64,000 bases of DNA from Cyanobacteriota bacterium (GTDB lineage: Bacteria > Cyanobacteriota > Cyanobacteriia > Cyanobacteriales > Nostocaceae): the NCBI GenBank assembly GCA_046045965.1, contig JBJOKS010000008.1, positions 100,676 through 164,675 of the forward strand, in the 5' to 3' direction. The first letter of the stretch is position 1. The number at the start of each line of letters is the position of its first letter. The position numbers and the translations under genes are program-made. The notes under the pieces are model-generated. The model searched no databases and was not told the DNA's origin. It saw nothing but the letters and a program-made list of their open reading frames with translations. Below, one piece after another: positions 63,853 through 64,000 of the stretch.

Positions 63853-64000
63853 GTCAAGCTAAGAAAACAAGCATATAGGACTTACGCATTGACAAAGTAG
63901 GAAAATAGTGTATTGATAAAAAGTGTCATCTACTCAACAGGTATCGGACAATCAGAAAAATCAGTAAACCCTCGACAGCGCAATGCAATCTGGAACATTA

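Noticed and set aside
63673..63900. 75-aa ORF
   Set aside because: Antisense read of the IS200/IS605 mini-element.

Overview
Chromosomal window from a filamentous, most likely heterocyst-forming cyanobacterium (Nostocales), judged from frequent HIP1 GCGATCGC sites, heptameric STRR repeats and nblR/petM/psbA/gun4. Most of it is core metabolism (nadK, pdxA, trpB, galE, sodA, icd, mtnA, pyrH, frr) sprinkled with IS relics and MITEs. The standout is a ~9.2 kb locus (50.9-60.1 kb) in which an HlyD adaptor and a C39-peptidase ABC transporter sit among NINE small genes. Eight share a 25-aa double-glycine leader and the ninth has a 27-aa variant; all have a conserved ribosome-binding context. Their cores are radically different and mostly low-complexity (SGPNGS-type, RGG+(DV)5+poly-Arg, Cys/Tyr-rich, GGN-rich, Trp/Gly/Arg nonarepeat with a His tail). 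No tailoring enzyme or immunity gene is recognisable, so this may be a secreted structural/matrix peptide system rather than a classical bacteriocin. Other notable items: (1) an island-like block next to tRNA-Leu(CAA) carrying a Bacillus CotSA-like glycosyltransferase, an ABC1 kinase and two small proteins; (2) a low-oxygen-type D1 (psbA) divergent from an alternative petC plus two rhodaneses, with a candidate ChlR box; (3) a 180-bp IS200/IS605 mini-element keeping only its ends and an omega-RNA-like segment; (4) a duplicated gene tail broken exactly at a HIP1 site. All family assignments come from motif recognition by eye, not from database searches.
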